Assembly (NCBI GenBank): GCA_018398765.1
Contig: JAHBMJ010000150.1
Location: 1-55,332 of the forward strand
Length of the DNA stretch: 55,332 nt
Origin: Chromera velia
Taxonomy: Eukaryota
Direction: 5' to 3'
Positions 12,524 through 24,610 of the stretch are shown here, in pieces. Within the stretch, counting starts at the first letter, position 1. Each line of letters opens with the position of its first letter. The position numbers were made by a program, and so were the translations under genes. Below the pieces are notes generated by a model. It had not been told where the DNA came from, searched no databases, and worked only from the letters and a program-made list of their open reading frames with translations.

Positions 12524-14098
12524 CTAGCAACTTAAATCATTGCTTCTGAAGGTTGGTTCGGGACCTGCGGACTCTAAAGCAATGCGAAGGTATAAAGCAG
12601 CGCTTTTCAAAGAAGATCGACATTTAATATCATACCGCCATTTGCGAAGCTCAGATAGCCTTGAAGGACGAGCCTTCAGAGAATCTGGGTAAGGGGCCCT
12701 GGAGAAGTCAGCATAAAATCCCATCACCCCACTATAAAGGTCAGACTTGCTCAGCCCGATTTGCGCAAAGTCTGCAGCATTAAACAGAAAAAAGTAACCA
12801 GACTTCCATTCCGTGCTTTCCCCCTCTTCTGCACGAGGGGGTCCCACCAGGAAAATGTCGAAGTCAGTGCTATGATACGGTTCTCCTTGACCACACCGCA
12901 ATCGATAGCTGTTTACGTGGGCAATCGGGCCAAAGAGACTCGCGTCTCTCCAATACGAAGTCTTGAGTTGGATTCTGAGCACCTTGAAGTCTTGGCAAGA
13001 AGGGAGTCGCGCAATGATGTCGTAGGGAGCCGACGCGTCTTCAGCTTGATCTATTTTGAGCCCGGCCTCGTCAAAAAGGGGCTGGAACGATTTGAGAGTC
13101 TTCCTTTCTACCCACTTTTCTCTCGAGATCTGACGCTCGAGCTCCTGAAAAGTCCACAGACGGACGCCATTTGCCGCTTTTCCTCCTGCGGCGGCAGCTT
13201 CTTCAAAAATCCGAAGAAGCCAATCCCCGAGAAATGTGCCCCGTATGTCGCTCCGATCAAGACTGCAACGAGATTCTTTCGTGTCGTACTTCTGGCCTCC
13301 CAATGTGATAGACACGTTCCCGCTGTTCGTACCGATGTGGGATCCTGAGAAGGCCCACACTCTTGGGTCGTTCATGGGCTGTGGGTCAACGGGTAGGGAT
13401 TTCGTCAAGAGAGCAGCAGGCTGAGCGCTCGTTTCCTGTCTCTCAAGAGAGACGCACAAAACAACGATGCCTGTGTACTCTTCTTTCGAGATGCGGAAAC
13501 GCCATTTTGGCTTGTTGACAGCGTCTCGACGAGTTCTCGACTTAAATTGCACAGCCAGCCACCAATTTTCCGTCGAGCCGACTGGTCGAAGCGCCATGTC
13601 GGCCTTGGCAGAGTCTGGCAAAGGAACTACCGGCTCTTCGAGGCCCCGAAAACCCTCTGAAGGTTTGATCGCCACCCGAACAAGCTGCTTTGCAGAGAAC
13701 TCTACTTCAAGCCTGTCTCTGGCGCTCATGTTCCAACCTTTCTGTGATCCACGGACGCTTCCAAGCTTGTCAGTGCCCTGGACATATTGCTGGCTTTCTG
13801 TCAATTCGAGGCTCGATGACATGGACCGTCTGGTCCCACTGTCGACACAGACAAGCTTGGGAGACACCTGCGAAGGTCTACACCAACATGACACAGCGAC
13901 TCTTTGAAAGCCATTGAGTGCTCTTGGAAGATAGCAAGAGTTTCGGCCTGTCCAGCTTTCTACGCCAGCTCCTGCTTTCCGGACAACCCCACTATTCCCG
14001 AAGCTTTGACAAGCGGCAAAGGGTAAAATGCCCCGGAACCGACGACTTCCAGCCAACATGGAGAATCCCCGAAGAGGAAAGAACCTGGCTGGCACCAT
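12524..14098 (-). CDS. Intronless 524-aa protein with two PD-(D/E)XK nuclease-like motifs and a basic N-terminal presequence
   Basis: Single long ORF with ATG. Motifs KADMALRP...WLAVQFKS and PYDIIAR...LRIQLKT...YHSTDFDIFLV resemble the PD-(D/E)XK core with Q-x-K, as in I-Ssp6803I/PDDEXK_5-type endonucleases. N-terminus is R/F/G/S-rich and acid-poor. Confidence 0.75.
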   Translation of the reverse strand: MVPARFFPLRGFSMLAGSRRFRGILPFAACQSFGNSGVVRKAGAGVESWTGRNSCYLPRALNGFQRVAVSCWCRPSQVSPKLVCVDSGTRRSMSSSLELTESQQYVQGTDKLGSVRGSQKGWNMSARDRLEVEFSAKQLVRVAIKPSEGFRGLEEPVVPLPDSAKADMALRPVGSTENWWLAVQFKSRTRRDAVNKPKWRFRISKEEYTGIVVLCVSLERQETSAQPAALLTKSLPVDPQPMNDPRVWAFSGSHIGTNSGNVSITLGGQKYDTKESRCSLDRSDIRGTFLGDWLLRIFEEAAAAGGKAANGVRLWTFQELERQISREKWVERKTLKSFQPLFDEAGLKIDQAEDASAPYDIIARLPSCQDFKVLRIQLKTSYWRDASLFGPIAHVNSYRLRCGQGEPYHSTDFDIFLVGPPRAEEGESTEWKSGYFFLFNAADFAQIGLSKSDLYSGVMGFYADFSRAPYPDSLKARPSRLSELRKWRYDIKCRSSLKSAALYLRIALESAGPEPTFRSNDLSC

Positions 14099-14484
14099 GG
14101 TGTGAATGAAAGTGAGACGGGAATTCGATCAGCATATCCTCACGTGGCGGTCCCTTTTACGCGATCAACCAGGACTGCTAAATGGACGTCTGGAGGTGTC
14201 TTCATAGTTCCAATAAACTATTTTCTATAACATGAGCGAATCGAACTCCGTCTACACACATGTCTCCAGTGACGGAGTCCAGAAACTCTCAGGATTGACA
14301 TGGATATTATTAATAATTTAATAGGATCGACTTTATATGACGATCGACGAGGATTATATTAACACGAGAGTGGGCGCGCAGTGCGCGCTGACGTTGTCGT
14401 GGTGGGTACTCCCGTTGTCGAGTCCGGCGTCGAAAGAAGGACACACACAAAAGTTCTTCTGTTTCGAGGCGTCGTAAGCGGATA

Positions 14485-15005
14485 CCCTGGACATTAATTT
14501 GTGGCCATTTGTATGCTTTGACTTTCTTTTTCTTTTCTGCAGGCCTTCATACAGGACCTGGGCCGGCCCCGACCGATGAGCGTGCGCCGTGGAGGGGGGG
14601 GGGACACCGCCGCCGCCGCCGCCTGGCGCCCTCTGCGTACGTGGATGCAGAGATTGTACGCATGCACTCATTCATGCATTGTTCATCTGCATGCTCGTTT
14701 TTTTTCACGCTCCATACGGACTGACTGACTGACTATGTCTAACTACGGTACCTGGACTTCTGTCAATCGACGCAACACTCTGGTAGTGAGAAAGTGTGCG
14801 TGGGAGATAAGTAGAAAAGCTGTTAGAAAACAAAGCAACGAGTAAACGGATAGGTAGCAACAGCATGTGTTGTTTGTTCTTGCTTGGCTAGGGAGACGCC
14901 CCCACCTCATGCTCAGGCGGGATGGTCAGTGAAAGGGGGAGATGGTTTTAGATTGGTCTCCCACGCCTAGGCACGCATAGAATGGCCACAAATTAATGTC
15001 CAGGG
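14485..15005. mobile_element. MITE, Tc1/mariner-type (TA TSD), 521 bp
   Basis: Perfect 25-bp TIR CCCTGGACATTAATTTGTGGCCATT (14485-14509) and its reverse complement (14981-15005), flanked by TA on both sides. No transposase. Confidence 0.85.
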
Positions 15006-16195
15006 TATGCGGATGCCTTTTCACGCTCCTCTTTTACAACACTATATACAACATCATTACTCAGAGAGACGGGAAACCCGCCAAGCATTCACTCAACAAT
15101 TGCCATGCAGTAAGCAGATTGAGTTGTATAACTCAAGTAAAGTAAAGTGAACTTGAGTTTTGAAGGAAAATGATGTTTAAAAAACTTTAGAGTAATTGTG
15201 GGGGCCGGCTTATATATAAAGAAATTTTTATGTGTTCCTTATAGTTGGGCTGGAATAACAACTATGTGCGTACAATTAACTCACTGCTTGGTTATACGCT
15301 AGTAAGATTTGAACATGATTTGGTCCCAAAATATAAATTCCTGTACAGGGAGTGCCTACGAAGTAATCTCAGACGCGAGTATAGTACGTATAGTAAGATA
15401 TCACGATATTCCCGGCCGGACATGGCCGGACCATGCAGGAGCGGAGCGGCGGCACACATGGTTGAGGCCAACTTGGCCCGGGCCAACCCCGGCCAGCAGG
15501 GCTGGGGAAAGAATTTAAATGTACGAAACAGAAGGAAAAGATTCACGAAAATTGTGTGCAAACACTACAAAAAATCGTTAACTATAAATTTTATTCCTTA
15601 AAAAAAAATAAATTTACCCCGTATATAAAATTATGTAAAATACTATAGTATACTTTTAAAAATTCATACAATACGGTTTGGGATTATCTTACGGGAAGAA
15701 TCTACTCTATAATAAGTCTCCATCCCACATATAGTCAAAGTAAGTCAAAGTTAGTTCAAAATTTTTTCGATAAAGGTACGTTTATTCATACATTATTTGA
15801 TTAATTAAAATTTAAAACTATAAAATGAATCGACGATCGAGCAAATATGAAAGCAAATGCCTCCTTTAAATGCTCTTTGGAGAACTTAAACCAGAACTTA
15901 ATAGACTAGTACTTGTATTCATTGTGTGTACTATTCAATAAGTTTGGATGTCATATCAGACAACACATGTACTTAAAAATTAAAAAGACGTTCTTAAAAA
16001 CCGGGCTTTTCAAGACTGAACATTATTCTTATACCGATCAAATCTTTAGATCAGCATCTACGTGTTCTCACCCGAGACCCCAAAATAGCCCCCATATGCA
16101 AAAATTGCCCACCCAGCCTCGCCCTGGCTGTACGCGGCAACAGTACGCCAGCCGTTGTATTTATCTGCCCCTGAACCAGACCAGCACCCGTGTGG

Positions 16196-19100
16196 TCAGT
16201 CTTGTATGAATCTCACCGACTTATCAAATACGTTCTTGTAGTAGACCAACACAACTGCGTCTCTCTCTTTTTCCTGTCCACCCTCCTGCTCAATGTTCGG
16301 ATCTGCCCCCTCTTCTTCCGCAGCTCCGTTGGCATCCTTCGAAGACTTTCCACGGCCTTTCCCCTTCCCCCCTGCCTTTCCAGCCTGTCCCGCCCCTGCG
16401 CTACTGCTTGAATCTGCTGCCCCGACCTTCGCATCGAATCGCACCCTGAACTTTCCACTCTTCCCAAACGGACCCTCAATCACTCCCGAAGTGCCAGAGC
16501 GACGATGCACCACCTGCAGGAAGTTTAAAAAGATATTTCAGAATCGAAAGGATGGGCGGCCACCTGAAAGAAAGTATGGACGGTTCGACAAAAAATACAT
16601 TGGCATGCAGGGTGGCAACAAAATCCCCCATGGAAAAATGGATCCCAGTACCAGATGATCGATGCTACTCTGCATGTTGTATTCCTGTCTCACTGTACTC
16701 CTCAATGAAAGATGACATGGAATCTTCTTTCTTACGAGCGCTGCCCCTTTATCCGTCTGGCTCTGTGTCGACGTTCCTGGCGAGCCCGCCGGGTCAGAAA
16801 AAGAAAAGCGCTAATAGGAATTACTGGCCTTCAATCCCGCAAAGAGGGTGATGTCGGTCTCCTTCTTGAACATTCCCTTGCAGATCGCTGAGTATTCGTC
16901 GTTCTCCACGCGCTCCACAACGCCCACCCTCTCCTTCCTTTTCAAGACCCGCAGCAACTTCCCGAACTCCGCACACTTGTCCTTCTCCTTCTCGCCTGCG
17001 CTTCCCATCGGAAGGGGCCCGGAAAGCGTTTTGCCGAACAGAGCGAGACGGCACGAGGGGGAGTGGACGTCCGCGTCCAGCTTCGAGGCAATCAACAGGG
17101 AACCCTGGGGAACCTGTACAGACACATGCAGACACATGCAAGGACTTGTTTACTAGGTAGTAATATGCCTGCCTTCCATTCTTTATTCATTGACAATTTC
17201 ATTTTGGGACCGAATGACTCACGATGAAACCCACCCACTCCCCAAATCCCCAACACAAAGAGACAGACATGCGTGGACATGGAGGTACCTCCGCAGCGCT
17301 AAACACAAAAGGGAAACAGGCAAAACTAGGCCTCCCTCCATCAGATCATCAAGAGAGCCCTCGTAAGACTTCTGCTCATGCACAGATTTCGTTCTCTGCA
17401 TTTGACTCTTTCTTTCTACCTGAAGAGACACATACCTGCACTGGTCTCTCAAAGAGGATGACTGCAAACGCGAAAGGGTTAGAGGACTCTCCCGTCTGCT
17501 TATCGGAATGAGACCCGGCTCCATTCGATGTTGCCCCTCCCGTTGCTGTCTGTTGACTCTGCTGAGGGGAAAGCAACTCCTCCAACCAATCAAAGTTCCG
17601 GTTCGACTGCTGAGGCTTCCCCCGACCCTTTTCGTTCCCTGACGCCTCCCCTTCGTCCCCCAGAGGAAAGGAGGATGGCCACCGGGACGCCTCCCGAGAC
17701 ACGAGACCCCCCAACGCCAGAGAACATGCATGAGACGGGACTGCAGAGCTGCCCTCCGAGGTAGCGGTATCCCCCGTTTCGCTCCCTTTCTTTCCTTCTC
17801 CGTTGAGCTCCCTACTCTCTTTTCCTCCTCCCTTCGAGTGCGGCACAAAAAAGATGAAGGACGCCATTGTGGTTGTGTGTCCGATAGTCACGTGGAACTT
17901 CTGCTTGCTCAAAACCTGCGGAATGATTCACAGAGCAGCGCAGACACAGCAGGAAGAGATGCACCAGAAGAGGAAAACGTTTGGGGAAGACGGGGTCTCA
18001 GCCAGGGGAAATGAACACAACAAAGCGAGGCATCAGAACAGAGGAAAGATTTTCATCTTATTTTTGAGCGGAAGATGTGCAGGATTGCTCTTTGTGGAGA
18101 GGGTGCCTGCGTCCTTGCCAACAAATAATGAAAAACTCTAAGCAGCTCCAGAGAGCCGAGAGGCCCCATGGGAGTTTGACCTCATCCGCATTGATCAGGG
18201 GCCCCTGAAGATCCATCCAACTTTTCATGGAGAGCAAGCAGACTGACTGACAGGGTGTTTGAAGTAATGGATTTTCTGGACAGCGGCAACCACAGCCCTC
18301 GCAGGGGCGGGTGCGGACGCGGGAGATACAAGCACTCCCCTTTCCTGCAAGACGACAGAGGGAAAGGAAGAGAAGACGGAATTCACGTGTCCGTCTCTTC
18401 TTCTTTGGAAAAGGATCCACCAGAGATTGAGGCAAACAAATTGAAGACATGAGGAGTCAACCTTGAAGCTGTCTTTCTACGACGCCTTCAAAAGAATGTT
18501 TGACGCAACCACACGAAGAGACGGAGACACAAGCGGAGCGTCTCACTCCTCGGAAATCCTGAGAAGAGAAGAGAAGAGAAGAGAGGGAAAAGGTGCGCTG
18601 TATCTTTCCGCTTGTACCAGGACCTTCTTAATCCTCTCCTTTCTTTGACACCTCCTTCCAAACAGACAGACAGACAAACCAGCTTGGAAGCATCCATCTG
18701 AGGGACGTTGATTGCGCACCTGCACTCACACCAACACCGACACCGAAACACGGACACGCACTCAATGAAACTATACTTGGCTAGTGGGAGAGGGGTACGG
18801 TTCTTCAGTGCCCGACAGAGAGAGACAAACTAAGAACACAACAGAGAGGGATCCGTTCCTGTTCGAACGACCCGCTCCCCTCATGGATTGCAAACAAAAC
18901 GGTGCTTCTGAATGAGTACCTACTACCATTTTTTTTTCAACCCAGAGACCTTCAAACAGGTGGCCTGTTGTCATTTGAGCCTCCTTTGAGCCTGTTGTCA
19001 TACTTTTCAGGTACGAGAGAAGCAGTACAATTAATCCGACCGATCGATACAAATCATTAGAAAAAGGGCCCACTCACCTATCGCCTTGAATGGCCTCGTT

Positions 19101-19361
19101 TACGTTCCTTTTGAACATCTGCGGACCGGCAGACAGATAGACAGACAGGCAGACAGACATGTATGTAAACACACCCGCACTAACAAACACACGCACGCAC
19201 GCAGATAGAAAGAGAGGGACGGAGTAGGAGAGATGGTCCAAAAAAGAGAGGGACCTCATTCTACGTGGTGGATTCTGAAGATCCATCCGCCTTTCCCTTC
19301 AAAATTGAAGCTCTGTTCTCTCTTGACTATCTCTCTGTCTCTCAGCTCCTCCTCCTCCTCC

Positions 19362-19441
<80 letters not shown>

Positions 19442-20969
19442 GAGAGAGAGAGACAGAGGCAGGAAGGCCATACAATCGCCTTCTCAAACAAGCTCCGAGA
19501 AAGCTTTCATGATGCTTACCTGGATCGTCCGTACCTTCCCTCCGCCCCCCGCCCCTCCGAGGGCAGACTCAACGGAGGCCCCCACCTGAAGGGACCCACT
19601 TACGACTGTCCCCGTGACAATCGTTCCCTTTCCCTTCAGAGAGAAAGCGTGATCAAAGGCGAACCAGAGAGGACCTGTTCTGTCTCGGGAAGGAATCCTC
19701 ACCCTCTCTGCAAGGACACGCTTCAGGTCTCCAATCCCAATCCCATCAACATCAGGTTGACCAGACGGAGCAGAAGGTTCGTTTCCCTCCTTGTCCGCCC
19801 CTTCAGAATTTGCCCCCCCTTCTTGAGTCTGACTAGATCCTGCGGTTGCTGTTGCTGCCGTTCCGGCTGCTTCCCCCCCCGATGAAGACGGTGAGGCCGC
19901 CACGGGGATGAAGGGAACGTCGGAGCCGAAATTCGTTTTTGCAAAGACCTTTTGGAGTCTGGAGATCAGAGTGTCGATCTGCACGCACGCACGCAGGCAG
20001 GCACTCGGAGATACAGGGAAGGAGCAGCGAGCAGGATCAAGAGAGGTGGTGATTCAGATTCATGGAGAAGAGAATGACGAGAAATACCATGGATGTGCGT
20101 GAAAAGGGAGGAGTAAAAGAGAGAGCACCACAACGGTCGAAAGGAATCTCGATGAGTCATTACGGAAATTACGACGGTCTGAGTATTTCTCTTTTCTTTC
20201 CTCGTCTGACTCGATAAAGACATTCAGGCAGGCAGGTTGCTCGGTCTCTGACCTTTTTCTGTCGTGTCTCTTTTGGAAAGAGGTCGATCTTGTTCAGCAC
20301 CACAAAGATCTGAGGAGCGAGAATCTCAGCAAGCACCAAACATTCTGCAGAAACAGAAAAGAACGCAAACACGAAAATCATGCCCCCAAAAGGACATCGC
20401 ATCCACTCGTTGTGATGTCGTCCTCACCTTTTCTCTTCATCTTACTTGCTCTCACACTTGTCACACCGTCGCTCTCTAGGGGCACACAGAGACAGGAGAC
20501 GCCCCCTATCGACCGTCTTCTTCGGGGGGTGGAGAGAGCAGCGTACAACAAAGAGGCACGCAGAAAAGTCATAAAACACAGCCGCTTGTTCCTCTACAGA
20601 CGGACCTGCAGTCTGGGTCTGGATTCCTTTTGTTGCGTCCACCACCAGAAGCACCGCATCGATAATCTGGGCCCCCCCGATGACCGTCTTCATCAGAGAC
20701 GCGTGGCCCGGACAGTCCACCAGGCAGATCTGCAGCCGCCCCACAGGCTCTCCGGACGGAGCCAGTTTCTCTGGCGGGGTGTCCAAAGCGAAAGCAGTGA
20801 ACCCAAGGTCGAGAGTGATCCCTCTCTCCTGCGACTGCGGGTGTTTGTCGAGAGACGCCGTGGAGGTCACCTGACTCAAAGCTCGGACAAGGCTCGTCTT
20901 CCCGCTGTCGATGTGGCCGAGCACTCCCACGTTCACATTTCTCATGGGCTTATCCTCTCCCTCTGACAT
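16196..20969 (-). CDS. EEFSEC: Selenocysteine-specific translation elongation factor (eEFSec/SelB)
   Basis: NVGVLGHIDSGKT, DKHPQSQERGITLDLGF, DCPGHASL, NKID, DHAFSLKGKGTIVTGT, KFHVTIGH, SKLDAD...CRLALFG, FKKETDI, GVIEGPFGKSGKF. Exons: 20606-20969, 20253-20344, 19520-19978, 19078-19118, 18680-18719, 18252-18344, 17436-17915, 16829-17113, 16196-16513. Confidence 0.95.
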
Positions 20970-22456
20970 AGCGTGTACCACGATGCTTTGAAGGAAGCAG
21001 ATTTTCGGCTGCGATCGATATTGAGCGAGAAGGGTACGGAAGAGACGGCGAGGATAGAAGGAGACGCCTCTGCTTTTGCCGTCTCCAAAATACGCACCCA
21101 AAGAGCAAGAGAGGCGCCCACGAACAGCAGCTATTCAGATCAACTGTTTGTGATTGAAGACTCTTTTCCCCAATCTGCCTGTATCGATCAAGCAGCATGC
21201 AACTTAGTCTGTCCAGACTCTCGGGGGCCAGTGACGGCATTAATACAGCTATAGTTCTTACAGAGAAAGCCGAGAGGGCCGGGACCCCTACAGATCCTCT
21301 ATAGGGAGAGAATGCGGCGACGCCACGCTGCATGGCGACGCATGCATGGCCGGCGTAGATGATGGCGACGCCATGGCTGGCATGGCACCACCACCACCGT
21401 CGCCATGGCGATGCCAAGACGCGCGGATCAGCTGCCTCTCTCTTTTGTTCGGGCAATCAACCTTGTTGCCGTCGAATTCAAGGCCCAGCTTCACGTCAGT
21501 CCCTCCTTCCTTTGGTTTCCGTTGATCCTCACAGAGGCTTATACTGTTGATCTTCCAAGGAGTAATTTTGTGGGGTCAACCGTTACATACCGTCAATCCA
21601 TAACCGAAATAAGATCGGGCAAGTCGATCATTCCATATCTCTATATACGTAAAAACTGGTATGCAAATATTGTGTTACAGAAATTAACTAGTGTGTAAAT
21701 AAGTACCTAATAAGAAATTTATCTTAAGATCCAGAAAAGGGAATATATTCTTATAATTCAGCATATTAATTCTGTAAAAGTAACATTTTTGAAGATGAAA
21801 CATCATCATCAATCAATCACATTAATTCATATTAATTCAAGGTAGAATGATAATATAGAATTCAAGTGATACAGACTATTGCTTACACTAAATAATATAC
21901 TATAAGATATATCTGATTGATTGATAGCTTGATTGATCTCATATTTAACAATAATTGATATACTAATGAGTTATATCACTCAGTCTATATAATATAATAT
22001 AAAAATATACATTAAAAACACTCTTATAGCTAGTCTTATAGCAATCCTAGCATGAATAACTGATGATACCTCAGGAGATCAGGGGTTCCCTTCACGGCCT
22101 TTGTCAGACAGACAGTCTACAAATGAATAAGACAGACCCACTCAACAAGGAGTGAGCATGGTCAAATCCGAGTGCAGCTGCTGTTTTATGCTTAATGAGG
22201 GAACAGGCTTATGCCTTCTTAAATAGACTTTTGCCCTCAAGTCGGACCTGAAATATTACATTACGTTTTACGCTATATTTATTACTTTACTTACTTAATT
22301 GTGGTTAATTTATGCTGCATACATCATGATCCCCTCTCTCCAATTAATCAGCCAAACAAAAAAGAAAAACATAAAGTACATGCTCCAGGTTTCATGGATG
22401 ATACTTCAAATCCGATTTTTTTTATTTATCAAGTGTTATTGATGGGTTAATACAAC

Positions 22457-23337
22457 TTAATTAATAACATAGTAATTAAGTTTTTTTAATTTATCATAAC
22501 CAATATCACAGTGGTACTGAAAGTTTCCATCTGCTTCAAACTTGGCCCCGCAAAAGCGGCAAGTGAGCCGGCCACTGTTGTCATAGGGAGGCAGAGTAAA
22601 AAGAATTGTAGGGGGGTTATTGCCCAACAGTCTGGCCACCTTCTCTTTGAAGGTCTCTACGCCTCCCCCCTCCCCTTCACACTCTCTATCTTCAGAGTCC
22701 TCCTCTACCCGCTCCTCCGCCTCCTCGCCTACCCCAAACACCAAGTCAAACACAGCTCCCTGCATGCAGAAAACAACAAAGCACAGTGCAAAGATCGAAT
22801 GGTATCTATCAAATCAGAGAGTGATCACAAAGCGAGGAGAATTGGACCTCAATTGACCACGCCTTTCGCTCTACTACAGGCCTTCTCCCGTCTGTAGGTG
22901 CCAAAGAAATTAGAAAAACTATTACATAGAAGAGAGTTTAAGACAAAATGAAGAAAAAGTTTAACACGACTTGTAACTCCATCCGATTCGCTGACCAAAG
23001 TTCTTTAGAAGAATGAAGGTTCCTCAGAATCTGATTCCCCCCTCCGATCCAGACCGCGGCATCGGGGTAAGGAACGCACGCAAGGCCTCAGAAGCATCTG
23101 CAGGAAGGAAGACAAGGAAAAACGACAAGAGGGAAGACAGAAAGAGACCGGAAAGAGAAAGGAAAAATGAAACTGAAAGGCAAAAACGCATTTTAAACGT
23201 ATAGCAAAAAAGAAGTGGCTGTGTCTGTCTGTCTGTCTGTCTATCTATCTGTCCGTCCATCTGTCTGTCTGTTTATCTGTCTGTTTGTCTGTCTCTCTTT
23301 TCAGGGAGAGAGACGAAATCTATACTTACTCTGACAG

Positions 23338-23374
<37 letters not shown>

Positions 23375-24610
23375 GTCTGTCTGTTTTTGGTTCATTGCAG
23401 TCTCTTATCCGTTTCATTCCGTTTCTCTTTTATTGTGCCTGAGCCTCTCCCATCTCTCTTGTTTGTCTTCAAGAACGCACCTTTGAAGGGAAGACAGAGA
23501 CCCGACGACTGGGGGTGACCATCACGCTCTTGAAAAGGCTGCTGTGTCCCTTTCTGGTTTGGTTCCACTTTTTCATCCTCCAGTAAGGACTAAAGAGTAG
23601 CTTATTTCTCTTTCAGAAGTTTTATCTGCTGCTTGAAGCCTTTGATCTCCGTCGCATGCTCGATAAATTTTAGATGAGTGAGATGCACCTCGTGCTGGAA
23701 CACATTCTTTTGGAGACACACACTGTTTGCAGTCTGCAAAGCTCCATTGAGCTCTGCTTTTGCAGCTTGCAACTGCTGCTAAAAGAAAATTGAGAGCCTC
23801 TCCGCTCTTAAGTGATTCTCTTTTATAAGCCCCTGCGCCTCTCTTTCTTTGTGTTACAACCTCTCGACCTCTTTTTCTTTCATTCTAACTCGAATTTCTG
23901 AGGCTCTCCTCACTCTCTCTTTCTTTCTCTGCAAGGCGCTGTTCAGTCTCTCTTTTTTTCTCTACAATACGCTCCTCAGTTTCTTTTTCTTTCTCTGTGA
24001 AACGCTGCTTAGCAATTTTCGCTTTTTTTGAAGCCCTCTCTACTCGCAGTCTGGCCGTACAGCTTTTTCACGGCACGTATATGCCTTTCGGTTGTCCCAC
24101 ATCGAATCTGCTGACAAACGATGTCTTCTTTCAACATTTTCAGTCTCTCATCCATTTCTCTCTGTCGACTTTCTATCTCAGACTCTATACCCCTTTCCAC
24201 ATCTTTATGAACAGTCTCTACCGTCTTCCTCTCTACCTTAAGTTCTTTCTCTTCCTGTTTCGAGCGAACCTGAAATTCGACAGGACTGCGTGAAAACTCT
24301 GCCTTTTCGTCCTTTTTTTTTTTAATGGCGGGAAAACAATATGCCCCGTCGGTCCGACTCAGTCGTTTCAAGCTACTTTGTCGTTTTCTCCCTTCCTGAC
24401 TGAATGGGTACAGGAGCTGCTCGTCGAAAGACCGGGTAGCCCGTATTACAGATCGGATTGTCTCTTTTACGGACTCTCTTCTTTCGATGCGAGCGTTTGA
24501 CTTCCGCTCTGCAAAGTTGAAGCTTTTGTCACCTCTGCACAGCAAGACAACGTGAGTAAACCAGGTGACGTCCAAATCATCAGAAGAAAATTTAAGGCTG
24601 TCTGTACCAG
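22457..24610 (-). pseudogene. Decayed multi-exon coiled-coil protein gene with a terminal CxxC...HC zinc-finger-like motif
   Basis: E/K/R-rich heptad sequence at about 23481-24300 with frameshifts and four in-frame TAA/TAG stops. Downstream exon-like blocks at about 23000-23098 and 22457-22759 (CRFCGAKFEADGNFQYHC). Boundaries approximate. Confidence 0.6.

Noticed and set aside
12761..13907. Plus-strand ORFs of 195 and 146 aa
   Set aside because: Antisense shadows of the 524-aa gene. The same applies to antisense ORFs over eEFSec, the HCF173-like gene and the GST.
15411..15508. GC-rich CCGG island in an AT spacer (ORF 15245-15601)
   Set aside because: No ATG-led coherent ORF, TIR or RNA motif supportable; probably a repeat fragment.
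22060..22252. Possible C/D snoRNA or snRNA (TGATGA...CTGA) in the AT spacer
   Set aside because: No terminal stem or recognisable guide or snRNA motif; needs an Infernal/Rfam search.
23590..23856. TAA/TAG = Gln alternative genetic code
   Set aside because: Intact genes here end in TAG/TAA (10091, 12524, 38092, 25362), their long ORFs have no internal TAR, and the region also has frameshifts.
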